Shown: piece after piece, positions 17,878 to 27,258 of the stretch
Layout: each line of letters opens with the position of its first letter
How positions within the stretch are numbered: position 1 is the stretch's first letter
Virus record (IMG/VR): IMGVR_UViG_3300047281_000098
Span: 32,001 to 96,000 of that record
Length of the DNA: 64,000 nucleotides
Strand: one strand, 5' to 3'
DNA from: a virus
The notes under the pieces: generated by a model
The model's input: only the letters and a program-made list of their open reading frames with translations
The model's database searches: none
Told to the model about the DNA's origin: nothing
Made by a program: the position numbers and the translations under genes

Positions 17878-18099
17878 ATGGATTTTGACTTCAACAAGGA
17901 AAAGCGATTTATCCTTGTCCCTGCTAATCTTGAGTTTTCAAAACTCATGGTCATACTAACTGATATGGACTATTGGAACACACATTACGAAGCACTCAAA
18001 GACTGGTGCGATCTACAACTAGGAACTAATCAAGTTGGGATGACGGTTGAGTTCGACAGTGAGCAGGACCTGATGTTGTTTATATTAAGATGGAGCTAG
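17878..18099 (+). CDS. FxLRW-family mini-protein
   Basis: LKDWC...FDSEQDLMLFILRWS. Confidence 0.75.
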   Translation: MDFDFNKEKRFILVPANLEFSKLMVILTDMDYWNTHYEALKDWCDLQLGTNQVGMTVEFDSEQDLMLFILRWS

Positions 18100-18100
18100 A

Positions 18101-18367
18101 GTGAAACACATATTCAGAAATTTAATTCGCAAAGAGAAATGGACTCTTGTGGAAATTAAGCCGACCAAGGACACAATGTGGTCTTCTGGTGGGGAAGATT
18201 TAAATCGGCAAGACTATATTAAAATGCGGAATTGGTGCGAACAAACTTTTCACAAAGAAGTATTCGCCACTTCATTACAATCAGTACACGGAGTTAGTCC
18301 TGGATTGAAACGATTCATATTCAACAATCCCGCAGATGCCACGATGTTCAGATTGCGTTGGGAATGA
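18101..18367 (+). CDS. FxLRW-family mini-protein
   Basis: WCEQTF...FNNPADATMFRLRWE. Confidence 0.75.
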   Translation: MKHIFRNLIRKEKWTLVEIKPTKDTMWSSGGEDLNRQDYIKMRNWCEQTFHKEVFATSLQSVHGVSPGLKRFIFNNPADATMFRLRWE

Positions 18368-18597
18368 CTAAGACCTCTGTTACAGTTTACGGTGCGTATG
18401 CTCCAATGCTAAAATGGCTAAGTGACAACATAGGCGCGGAGCTTCACAGTATGCCAATTGTTTTTTGGTACGGAAAAGGTTGGTTCATGAAACGCACATC
18501 TGATATTAGAGAAGAAAGAGTTGGACTCAGGGCTGGCTGGTCAGTTGATTTTGATGATGATCAGAATGCGACATGGTTCGCATTAATATGGGGATAA
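18364..18597 (+). CDS. FxLRW-family mini-protein
   Basis: WLSDNIG...FDDDQNATWFALIWG. Confidence 0.75.
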   Translation: MTKTSVTVYGAYAPMLKWLSDNIGAELHSMPIVFWYGKGWFMKRTSDIREERVGLRAGWSVDFDDDQNATWFALIWG

Positions 18598-18598
18598 T

Positions 18599-18874
18599 AT
18601 GGCAATTTTAAATACACACGCACATGGATACTTTAGAGCAGTTGAATACGAGACAATAGAAGTAATAGACATGCCTCGCACCTACGGCGCCAAGAAAGTA
18701 TACACGTATGATTGTAGGGCAAAGTCAGAAGATCCAAGCATTATTGTAAAATGGTGCAGAAGAAACTTTGGGCAGCGAGGTGATGGTTGGGACTTTACTT
18801 TTCACTCAGACCGTGTTACAATAGAGATTACAAAAGACGAGTTTAAGACAATGTACGAAATGTGGAAACTATAA
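18599..18874 (+). CDS. Divergent FxLRW-family member
   Basis: WCRRNFGQRGDGWDF...FKTMYEMWKL. Confidence 0.7.
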   Translation: MAILNTHAHGYFRAVEYETIEVIDMPRTYGAKKVYTYDCRAKSEDPSIIVKWCRRNFGQRGDGWDFTFHSDRVTIEITKDEFKTMYEMWKL

Positions 18875-19419
18875 TGGCAAATAATGTAATGATAGATTTG
18901 GAAACGCTGGACACAAGTCCATTCTGCGTTATCCTCACGATTGGAGCAGTAGTATTCGACCCTAAGGGCAACGGTATCGTTGACAAGATTGATCTGCGAC
19001 CTTCAATTGAAGAACAACTTGATATGGGCAGAGTTATCAACGATGAAACTGTTAAGTGGTGGGGCAATCAAAGTGAGGCGGCGCAACATGAAGCACTAGG
19101 TGATCATGACCGAATTCCCTTCAAGGAAGCAATGGAGAAACTTCATAAATTCTGTTGGAACAAAGGTAACCCCTGGAGTCACGGCGCAGCGTTTGACATT
19201 GTAGCAGTGGAAACATCTTGGGCCAGCTTTAAGATGCAACCACCATGGGACTTTTACAAAGTACGAGACACACGAACATTGTTTGATGTTACTGGAGTGA
19301 ATCTTAAAGACGGTGGTTATGTGACAACTCACAAGGCTTCCGAAGATGCGGCACGTCAGGCATTCATTGTACAGAAGGCGTATAAGATTCTCATTGCCGC
19401 CGGAGTAACCCCTCCGTGA
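18874..19419 (+). CDS. DEDDh 3'-5' exonuclease (DexA/RNase T-like)
   Basis: MIDLETL, HGAAFD, RDTRT, H.A..DA. Start set at the TAATG overlap. Confidence 0.85.
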   Translation: MANNVMIDLETLDTSPFCVILTIGAVVFDPKGNGIVDKIDLRPSIEEQLDMGRVINDETVKWWGNQSEAAQHEALGDHDRIPFKEAMEKLHKFCWNKGNPWSHGAAFDIVAVETSWASFKMQPPWDFYKVRDTRTLFDVTGVNLKDGGYVTTHKASEDAARQAFIVQKAYKILIAAGVTPP

Positions 19420-19423
19420 AATT

Positions 19424-19678
19424 ATGAAGATTAATCCTAAACTTAAACCAGACGAGTTAGCTCTTTTATCAGTAGATTCTGCTAGGAGATATTTTCTATT
19501 AAACGTTAATACCACTAAACTAGCACCGGACGAAGATTCTATACAGCATGAGTTTGCACTGTGGTTAGAAACAGAATACTCCTGTAAAATGTGGCGCCCG
19601 TATAAAGGAGCAACAAGACGGTTGAAATTTAATGATATGGCTAAATTAGTTTGGTTTAAACTCAAATATGAAATTTAA
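19424..19678 (+). CDS. Outlying FxLRW-family member between exonuclease and polymerase
   Basis: WLETEY...FNDMAKLVWFKLKYEI. Confidence 0.65.
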   Translation: MKINPKLKPDELALLSVDSARRYFLLNVNTTKLAPDEDSIQHEFALWLETEYSCKMWRPYKGATRRLKFNDMAKLVWFKLKYEI

Positions 19679-20267
19679 CGGTGACGTTGACATTGATCTA
19701 GGAAACAGGGACTTACTGTTGGAACACATTAAGCATATTCCTGCGGCTATGCGTAATATAACACCTATAAGAAAGCACTCCACTGGAATTCATATCACTG
19801 ATATTCCATATGATCCTATCAATAATATCGCGTCAATTGACTATGCCGCTGCTGAATCGCGCGGGTATTTTAAGCTGGACTTGCTGAATGTTCATGTATA
19901 TGCTAATGTACGTGATGAGTCACATTTAGTAGAATTAATGCGCGAGCCAGATTGGAATCTACTGAATGACAGAGAATTTGTAAGTACGCTTATACATTTA
20001 GGTAATCATTATCAAAGTATACAGCGTATGATTGAGCCTATCAATAGTATTCCCAGACTGGCTATGTTTCTGGCAATGATCAGACCTGCAAAAAAGCATC
20101 TGATAGGCTTGCCATGGAGTGAGGTTGCGAAGACTATTTGGGAGAAAGATAGTGACGGCGGGTATAGCTTTAAGAGAAGTCACGCAGTTGCGTATTCACA
20201 GTTAGTCACTGTACATATGAATCTGTTACAGGAAATGCCTGTTACGAAATTCTTTTCACAAGAGTAA
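19668..20267 (+). CDS. dnaE: Miniature family-C DNA polymerase (DnaE-like catalytic core)
   Basis: DVDID, HSTG, FKLDLL, LAMIRP, YSFKRSHAVAY occur in DnaE order within 199 aa. Confidence 0.8.
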   Translation: MKFNGDVDIDLGNRDLLLEHIKHIPAAMRNITPIRKHSTGIHITDIPYDPINNIASIDYAAAESRGYFKLDLLNVHVYANVRDESHLVELMREPDWNLLNDREFVSTLIHLGNHYQSIQRMIEPINSIPRLAMFLAMIRPAKKHLIGLPWSEVAKTIWEKDSDGGYSFKRSHAVAYSQLVTVHMNLLQEMPVTKFFSQE

Positions 20268-20622
20268 TGGATCTTCTTTTTGATCGACGCTTGCTTAGGT
20301 CTGACATACTACATACGGGGCCGTGTAGTATTACTAAGCTTTTGTTATTGAATGTTCTGATATATGGTCTGAAGATTGCCCAATCTTCTTTTAAAAACAA
20401 GTTGATAGGGATAAGTCTGTTGCTTTCCCACCACCATATATCACCTAATTCTAGAAATTTCTCTTTAACTGCTAAGTCCTGTATAGCACCATAATCATAT
20501 ATAGTGGTAACGACATCATCACGATTCTGAACAATTCCCACGTAGTCTTGGCTGGCGTATGAACAGATTGTGATGAAAGGGTGATTCTCGCTTAGGCGTT
20601 TAAAGAATTCGTTAGGTATCAT
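20242..20622 (-). CDS. Hypothetical protein
   Basis: 126-aa ORF preceded by a minus-strand TAAATA (20642-20647); WWWES.R.IPI. Confidence 0.7.
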   Translation of the reverse strand: MIPNEFFKRLSENHPFITICSYASQDYVGIVQNRDDVVTTIYDYGAIQDLAVKEKFLELGDIWWWESNRLIPINLFLKEDWAIFRPYIRTFNNKSLVILHGPVCSMSDLSKRRSKRRSITLVKRIS

Positions 20623-20727
20623 TGATAATGTGTATTAAGTTTATTTATCTGCGGAAAGAATTCGGGTATTATTCCTGAATGACTAAATATAAGATATGCT
20701 AAATATAACATTAGAAGCGAATAACAA

Positions 20728-21501
20728 ATGTATGCAACCTCAGTTTTCTCCTATATCCCTCGGCAAATTGTCGTTGTCTTATCCGGCAACTCGGTAAGGA
20801 AATATATGCCCGTTTATGCTAAACCACTCACATTACACAAAGGTGTCGACAACCAGCTGCAGTTTCAGTTCCTTAATCAAGAGCAGAAACCTGTTAATAT
20901 CACTGGTGCGGAGATCACATGCCGTATTTTAAACTATCAAGGTAATACTGTGCTTCTTCAGAAAGCACTGACCCTACAATTAGCAGCCACAGGTATTGCT
21001 GCTCTTCAACTAAACGCAGCAGACATTGAGGGTATTGATCCACAAAAATGCTATTACACATTAGAAATTCCAGTTGGTAGTTTCAATTACCCAGTATTCG
21101 TGGATCAGAACGCAGGTGGTCGCGGTGATCTAAACATCGTTAATTCTATTCTACCAAGCTTTGTGCCGTCACAAAGTGTGTCTATTCCTACTGGGCAATT
21201 GTTCCCGAATAACAATTCAAGCGCAAATGCCAATTCAAACGCACTAACATATTTTACCAGTGTTTGGTCAACTGATGATAATCCAATTTCAACTATTCAA
21301 GCAGAATACACTGGGTTTTATGGTAACGTTCAGATTCAAGGTTCCACAATAGTAGACGGTGATTGGTATAACATTGGAAACACGTATGTCTATTCAAACG
21401 TATCCGATACCATTGGATATTCCTTTACTGGATATCATCCATACATCCAAGTACAATTCATCAGTAATATTGGTGATGTTACTAACATTTTAAGAAGATA
21501 G
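20728..21501 (+). CDS. Putative virion structural (baseplate-like) protein
   Basis: Late TAAATA at 20684 and 20700; beta-rich; F.FLNQEQKPVNITG. Confidence 0.5.
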   Translation: MYATSVFSYIPRQIVVVLSGNSVRKYMPVYAKPLTLHKGVDNQLQFQFLNQEQKPVNITGAEITCRILNYQGNTVLLQKALTLQLAATGIAALQLNAADIEGIDPQKCYYTLEIPVGSFNYPVFVDQNAGGRGDLNIVNSILPSFVPSQSVSIPTGQLFPNNNSSANANSNALTYFTSVWSTDDNPISTIQAEYTGFYGNVQIQGSTIVDGDWYNIGNTYVYSNVSDTIGYSFTGYHPYIQVQFISNIGDVTNILRR

Positions 21502-21551
21502 ATCACCGTATCTATTGTATTTTCGTGTTCACTATGTTATAATAGATGAAC

Positions 21552-22532
21552 ATGTTTGATATTCTATCTATATTACCTGGCAAGAAAAAAACAACGAGTA
21601 GCGGCTGGACAAGTTTCAACGCTGTTTGTTGTAGCCATCTTGGACACAAGTCCGATCGCCGTATGCGCGGCGGTATTAAGTTTGACGGTCAATCCAAATG
21701 GACCATGAACTGTTTCAATTGTAGATACTCATGTAATTTTGTATTAGGCAAATCAATAAGCCCAAAAACTAGACAGCTTCTTATTTGGTGCGGTATTGAC
21801 AGTGAACAGATTCAACGATGGAGTCTGGAGAGTTTACAACATAAAGACTTACTGGACTTTTCAGGTGACGTTCTACCTCGTAAAAAAGTAAAATTCAAAG
21901 AGCAGGAATTGCCAACTGATGCTGAATTAATAAACGTAAACAACCCTGATCATAAGATATACACTGACTATTTGATCAAACGACATATTGATCCTAATGA
22001 ATATCCGTTTATGGTAACTCCGCATATTCAGGGTAGAAATAACAATCGCATAATTGTACCGTATACTTATAAAAATAAGATCGTTGGACATACTAGTAGA
22101 TACCTAGATAATAAATTACCAAAGTATATCAATTCTCAACAGCACGGATATGTATTCGGATTTGACTTTCAAAAACCTGAATGGAATATATGTCTGGTAG
22201 TTGAGGGTATATTTGATGCGCTGAGTTTGAATGCGTGCGCTACAATGCATAACACAATCAATGACGATCAAGCACAGGTATTAGCACAGTTAAACAAACA
22301 GATAATAGTAGTACCGGATAGAGACCGTGCCGGATTAGAAATATGTAGTCGTGCGTTAGAGTTAGGATATAGTATTAGCTTACCAAATTGGCACGTTGAT
22401 GTAAAGGATGTTAACGATGCGATAATCCGTTACGGAAAGCTTCCAACGCTAATGAGTATATTACAAGCAGCCACGATGTCTAAAATTAAAATCGAAATGC
22501 AAAGGAAAAAAATTGAAAAAACAAGAATCTAA
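21552..22532 (+). CDS. gp61: DNA primase (gp61-like)
   Basis: N-terminal Zn motif (CC...CFNC); TOPRIM VVEGIFDA, PDRDRAG, KDVND. Promoter TATAAT 21538 favours the second ATG. Confidence 0.85.
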   Translation: MFDILSILPGKKKTTSSGWTSFNAVCCSHLGHKSDRRMRGGIKFDGQSKWTMNCFNCRYSCNFVLGKSISPKTRQLLIWCGIDSEQIQRWSLESLQHKDLLDFSGDVLPRKKVKFKEQELPTDAELINVNNPDHKIYTDYLIKRHIDPNEYPFMVTPHIQGRNNNRIIVPYTYKNKIVGHTSRYLDNKLPKYINSQQHGYVFGFDFQKPEWNICLVVEGIFDALSLNACATMHNTINDDQAQVLAQLNKQIIVVPDRDRAGLEICSRALELGYSISLPNWHVDVKDVNDAIIRYGKLPTLMSILQAATMSKIKIEMQRKKIEKTRI

Positions 22533-23952
22533 GAAACAACTTGAATATACTCCTGATGTTCAGAAATTATTTTTGCGAATGATGATAACTAACTCGGAGT
22601 TATACACCCGTGTTATGAACATTATGAACAGCGAGAATTTTGACAGATCGCTGCGCCCAGTGGCAGAAATGTTTAAAGAACATACTGACAAGTATAAGAT
22701 TTTACCTGATGCCACTCAGATTAAAGCAACAACCGGGATTGATATTGAACCGGTGCCTGAATTAAGTGACGGACATTTTGAATGGTTCTTTGATGAGTTT
22801 GAAGCATTCACTAAGCGACAGGAACTTGAGCGTGCGATTCTTAAAGCAGCAGACTTGCTTGAGAAGGGTGATTTTTCTCCTGTGGAAAAGCTAATCAAGG
22901 ACGCAGTTCAAATTAGCCTACAGAAAGACATGGGGACTGACTACTTTGCTGACCCCGCACATCGTATCAATAAGTATTTTAACTCAGGTGGTCAAGTATC
23001 AACTGGCTGGCCACAGATGGATCGTATTTTGTACGGTGGCATGAGTCGCGGCGAACTTAATATCTTTGCAGGTGGCTCTGGTTCTGGTAAGTCACTGGTC
23101 ATGATGAATTTGGCATTGAATTGGCTACAAGTTGGATTGAGCGGAGTTTATATTACACTAGAACTTTCAGAAGAACTAACCTCACTGCGTACTGATGCGA
23201 TGTTAACCAGTATGGGAACTAAAGATATTCGTAAGGATATTGACAATACTGCTTTAAAGGTAGCATTGATAGGGAAGAAGTCTGGTAAGTATCGTGTCAA
23301 GGGACTACCTGCGCAAAGTAATGTCAATGATATTCGTGCTTATCTGAAAGAAGTTCAAATTCAAACTGGTATCAAGATCGACTTTGTTATGGTCGATTAT
23401 CTTGACTTGGTTATGCCAGTATCTGTTAAAGTTAACCCCAACGACCAGTTTATTAAAGACAAATATGTAGCTGAAGAATTGCGAAATTTAAGCAAAGAAT
23501 TAGGCGTGTTGTTAGTTACAGCATCACAGTTGAATCGTTCAGCAGTTGATGAAATTGAGTTTGATCATAGTCACATTGCAGGTGGTATCTCTAAGATTAA
23601 TACAGCGGATAACGTGTTCGGTATCTTCACAAGCCGTAGTATGCGTGAACGTGGTAAGTATCAGATTCAATGTATGAAGTCGCGTAGTTCAACAGGTGTT
23701 GGTATGAAAGTTGATTTGGAATACAACATTGAAACGATGCGTATTACTGACGATGACCCTGAGGGATATGCGGATCAGCAAGCAAAATATACTCCTAAAC
23801 CTAGTCCTAATGATTTAATGACTAGGATGAAGCCTACTCCATACACTGATATTTCTCAACTATCAGATAATTCAGAACCACTGACCAAGAAAATAGTGGC
23901 AAATGTTCAGGGTAGTAAACTAAATGCGCTACTGAATAGTTTAAAGAAATAA
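22513..23952 (+). CDS. gp41: Replicative DnaB-like helicase (gp41-like)
   Basis: STGW, GGSGSGKS, LELSE, VDYLD, TASQLNR, KSRSS. Confidence 0.92.
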   Translation: MKKQESKKQLEYTPDVQKLFLRMMITNSELYTRVMNIMNSENFDRSLRPVAEMFKEHTDKYKILPDATQIKATTGIDIEPVPELSDGHFEWFFDEFEAFTKRQELERAILKAADLLEKGDFSPVEKLIKDAVQISLQKDMGTDYFADPAHRINKYFNSGGQVSTGWPQMDRILYGGMSRGELNIFAGGSGSGKSLVMMNLALNWLQVGLSGVYITLELSEELTSLRTDAMLTSMGTKDIRKDIDNTALKVALIGKKSGKYRVKGLPAQSNVNDIRAYLKEVQIQTGIKIDFVMVDYLDLVMPVSVKVNPNDQFIKDKYVAEELRNLSKELGVLLVTASQLNRSAVDEIEFDHSHIAGGISKINTADNVFGIFTSRSMRERGKYQIQCMKSRSSTGVGMKVDLEYNIETMRITDDDPEGYADQQAKYTPKPSPNDLMTRMKPTPYTDISQLSDNSEPLTKKIVANVQGSKLNALLNSLKK

Positions 23953-23975
23953 ACAAAGCAAAGCATAAATACTTG

Positions 23976-24224
23976 ATGCAAACAAATACTCGCAGCCTTC
24001 TGGAAGAATTAGAGTCTATTAGTCATAATCGTGATACAACTCACATTATAGAAAGTAGAGCTAATAATATTATTACCAGTGCTATTAATTTATTAGAATT
24101 AATGAATAAGCACTATACGGAAGAGCAATGTCAAATCCTGGAAAGAAAACTACTAGGTGCTATAAAAAGCAGAGACCAAAGTAGATTTGCAAAATCTTTA
24201 AGGAAAAATAGTGAAACTGAATGA
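23976..24224 (+). CDS. Late hypothetical protein
   Basis: TAAATA 23966, then 4 nt, then ATG. Confidence 0.7.
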   Translation: MQTNTRSLLEELESISHNRDTTHIIESRANNIITSAINLLELMNKHYTEEQCQILERKLLGAIKSRDQSRFAKSLRKNSETE

Positions 24225-25467
24225 ACTAAAACACCCTAGCGCACTAAATGAAGACCTTAGTGATTGGATAGGAACTCACGGAGCAGCGGCTGTAAAAGGC
24301 GGAATAGATAAATTTAAAGGTAATGCTGAAGGTAGCTTGAGTACTGTTGACCGAATGGCAAGAGATGGATTCATTAAAGATTTCATCGGGCGCGCATCTG
24401 CTAACATCAAAAGTGCAATTGCTAGCGGAATAGTTATCCCCCCAGTAGCAGGTCAATCTGCGCCTGTGGCAGGTCAAACAGCAACAGCAGCCCCAGAGAC
24501 TCCTGAACAAAAACGTATTAGATTACAAAAGACGCAACAGCAAACGCTTGATAAGTCCAGTGGTCAATTCAGTAAGCTGCCAAACCCTGTCTCGGCACAA
24601 GCCGAGACTCCTGAACAAAAACGTATTAGATTACAAAAGACGCAACAGCAATCACAAGCTGGTGCCAGTGGACAATTCAGTAAGTTACCGGCAAATCAAG
24701 TAGCAACGCAATCCGCTAATATCAGGACAGCAAAACAATTAGCCGCAGCTCCACAAACAACTGTAAAGCCAGTTGCTGTACCCGTACAAACCCCCGGTGA
24801 GAAAAGAGCAGCAAGACTGGCCACTGCTACAGCCGCATTAAGGGAATCATCAACATATAGCAAATTAAATGTTGTGTTTGAATCAATGATGGAAGCAGGC
24901 AACGCCACTAGCAGTGTTAGCAGCTACTTACAAAAAATGTTTACTCAGTACATGCACGGAGTTGATACATCATCACAATCTGCGAAAATCAAAGAATTGA
25001 GTGATGCTGTTGAACAATCATATTCAATGACAGACGGTGGAAAAGCAGCTATTGCTCCTCTTACACAACTAGCAAACTTAGGATTTGCGCTATCGCATAG
25101 CAACAAAGGCAGAGATGCAGCCGCTGCCCCGGCCACTGCGGCAGAACAGCCTGGTTTTTTGAGTGGACTAACACAGGGTGCTAGTTCAGCACAGGGTATA
25201 GCACCCGTAGCTGACGGCACCGCATATGCTAAAGCAAAAGCAGCAGTGACTGTTCTTGATAAAAAAGGTAAACAGCGAATAGGATCGTTAATACAGAAAT
25301 CTCTTGCGACTCCTAATGCGGCATTGGCGCCAGCAGCAGACCGGGCTAGTGCTGAAGCTGCTATGCGTGCTAGACGGGCACCGGTTGTACCGCAGTCTCC
25401 CGCGCAGCGTCGAGGCGGTATGCAGGTCGCCGAACAAAAAATAGTGAAAAAATGGGGCGAAGAATAA
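24211..25467 (+). CDS. Ala/Gln-rich putative internal head protein
   Basis: N-terminal MKLNEL...LNE; internal duplication; low complexity. Confidence 0.55.
   Translation: MKLNELKHPSALNEDLSDWIGTHGAAAVKGGIDKFKGNAEGSLSTVDRMARDGFIKDFIGRASANIKSAIASGIVIPPVAGQSAPVAGQTATAAPETPEQKRIRLQKTQQQTLDKSSGQFSKLPNPVSAQAETPEQKRIRLQKTQQQSQAGASGQFSKLPANQVATQSANIRTAKQLAAAPQTTVKPVAVPVQTPGEKRAARLATATAALRESSTYSKLNVVFESMMEAGNATSSVSSYLQKMFTQYMHGVDTSSQSAKIKELSDAVEQSYSMTDGGKAAIAPLTQLANLGFALSHSNKGRDAAAAPATAAEQPGFLSGLTQGASSAQGIAPVADGTAYAKAKAAVTVLDKKGKQRIGSLIQKSLATPNAALAPAADRASAEAAMRARRAPVVPQSPAQRRGGMQVAEQKIVKKWGEE
24496..24651 (+). repeat. Intragenic direct repeat, 108-nt period
   Basis: 48 identical nt encoding ETPEQKRIRLQKTQQQ at 24496 and 24604. 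Confidence 0.9.
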
Positions 25468-25468
25468 C

Positions 25469-26620
25469 ATGATTGATTCACTATCAACACTTACTAAGAA
25501 ACTTGATAACATTGCGTCTATTATAGTAGAAGCAAAAGGCCATCTAGACCACCCAGAAGATTTGATTTTCTTGGGAGGGGGCGCTGGGGCCACTCAAGCA
25601 CTTAATGCTATTATAGCAACAGCAAAAAATCCTAATACAGTTACTATCAAGTGGGATGGTTATCCCGCACTAATATTTGGTCGTGATTTCAACGGCAAGT
25701 TTAGTATTATGGACAAGCACATGTTCAATAAGAAAGACGGCTCTGGAAGAGCCGTCTATAGCCCTGAACAATTTAGACAGTATGATATAGCCAGAGGTGT
25801 TGATCGCAGTGATTTACATCGTTTAATCAATGAGATTTGGCCCGGATTAGAAAAAGCATCAAGTTCTGCCAAGGGATACTATTGGGGCGACTTATTATTC
25901 AGTCAACCACTAGTGGATAAGAACGGTGTGTTCACTTTTAAAGCAAATCCTAATGGTATTACTTATACAGTAGACACAAGCAGTGATGTAGGTAAGTTAA
26001 TGTCCGGAAAGACTGCCGGAATAGCAGTTCACCAACAACTTGCCCCTGAATCAGCAAGTACCGACTTTGCCACTACACTGAACGGGACAATAGGTAATTT
26101 AAAGAATAATTCTGATGTGGCAATTGTTCCTAGCGCAATGCCTAATACTCCAAAGATTAAATTAGATGCTGGATTAGTAAAGAATGTAAAAAGTGCTATT
26201 GCAAAATACGGAGCCGATGTTGATCAGTTGATAAATTCAGCTCCACAAGCAAAGAATACCTTTAATCAGCTATTCACTGTGTATATTAATAAGAAAATTG
26301 TATCAGGTAACTTAGAGAATCTAGTCGAAGACTTCATGGGATTCTTTAAAACTAGACCTATGTCAGATGATATGGCATACAAGCTATCTGAGCACTTTCA
26401 CATTAATCAAAAAGGCATCATTGGGGCATTTACTATCTGGATAGCATTATATCAGCTAAAGATGAGTATTGTTAATCAGTTGAATGAAGCTGCTAAGGCA
26501 TCCCCTGTCAAAGGATATCTACAAGATGGATCTGAAACACATGAGGGTTTCGTGTCTAATGGTCTGAAATTCGTAGATAGGATGGGATTTAGTCGTCAAA
26601 ATTTAGCCGGTAGGGCATAG
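25469..26620 (+). CDS. Ligase-superfamily nucleotidyltransferase-like protein (DUF6267-like)
   Basis: HLDHPEDL, motif I TIKWDG, EGFV, LKFVDR..FS..N. Confidence 0.6.
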   Translation: MIDSLSTLTKKLDNIASIIVEAKGHLDHPEDLIFLGGGAGATQALNAIIATAKNPNTVTIKWDGYPALIFGRDFNGKFSIMDKHMFNKKDGSGRAVYSPEQFRQYDIARGVDRSDLHRLINEIWPGLEKASSSAKGYYWGDLLFSQPLVDKNGVFTFKANPNGITYTVDTSSDVGKLMSGKTAGIAVHQQLAPESASTDFATTLNGTIGNLKNNSDVAIVPSAMPNTPKIKLDAGLVKNVKSAIAKYGADVDQLINSAPQAKNTFNQLFTVYINKKIVSGNLENLVEDFMGFFKTRPMSDDMAYKLSEHFHINQKGIIGAFTIWIALYQLKMSIVNQLNEAAKASPVKGYLQDGSETHEGFVSNGLKFVDRMGFSRQNLAGRA

Positions 26621-26713
26621 ATAATCCACAATTTTTTGTTCCTGGCATAAATACATTTAGAGCAACACATTATTCATAGTGAATAATAGCTCACATACTA
26701 AAGGAAATATATT

Positions 26714-27193
26714 ATGTCAGGATTTACACGTACACACGGCGATTCACAACCAGTATTCGCTATCGACACATTGAACGGCCCAGTTGCTTCAACTGCTTCT
26801 GCTGACGGTACAACTACAAACTTCATCGGTCCAGCAATGGACTTCTTCAGCTTTGATCTAGGTGCTGCTCCAACTGCTCAGTTAGGCGTATCTGGTGCTA
26901 TTGCTGCTGTTCTACAAAGCTTAGAGCAATTGTCAACTGTTATGATCTATTCAGTATCAGCTACTGCTAATACTACTAACATGTCAGTTGGTCTATATCC
27001 AGTTGGCGCATACGGCGAAACAGCTTTAGGTACTGCTGCGTTCAACATCCAAACAGCAATTCGTGCTTTGGGTACTGTTAACACATACAGCTTAGCTGGA
27101 GCAGTTTGTTCAGGCGCTGCTACTACTGCTACTGCTCAAGACGGTTCAAACGCTGGTTTCAGATTAGCTTCTACTGTTACTTCAGCTTCTTAA
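26714..27193 (+). CDS. Abundant virion protein (decoration-like)
   Basis: Late TAAATA 26648, hairpin leader, AAGGA RBS, strongly biased codons, own terminator. Confidence 0.55.
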   Translation: MSGFTRTHGDSQPVFAIDTLNGPVASTASADGTTTNFIGPAMDFFSFDLGAAPTAQLGVSGAIAAVLQSLEQLSTVMIYSVSATANTTNMSVGLYPVGAYGETALGTAAFNIQTAIRALGTVNTYSLAGAVCSGAATTATAQDGSNAGFRLASTVTSAS

Positions 27194-27209
27194 TCAATTA
27201 CTGATTAGC

Positions 27210-27241
27210 AAAAGCCCTAAGATTTTTCTTGGGGCTTTTTT
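27210..27241 (+). terminator. Rho-independent terminator
   Basis: AAAAGCCCTAAGA...TCTTGGGGCTTTTTT. Confidence 0.8.
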
Positions 27242-27258
27242 ACGGCTCTAAATAGAGT

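Noticed and set aside
12938-18874. Integron cassette array or diversity-generating retroelement
   Set aside because: No attC-like palindromes or intergenic space, no integrase or reverse transcriptase in the window, and no adenine-specific TR/VR pair seen.
19668-20267. dnaE pseudogene or intein-split fragment
   Set aside because: Motifs from distant parts of DnaE are joined in one uninterrupted frame with no intein residues at the ends. This fits compaction better than truncation, though homologue comparison is still needed.
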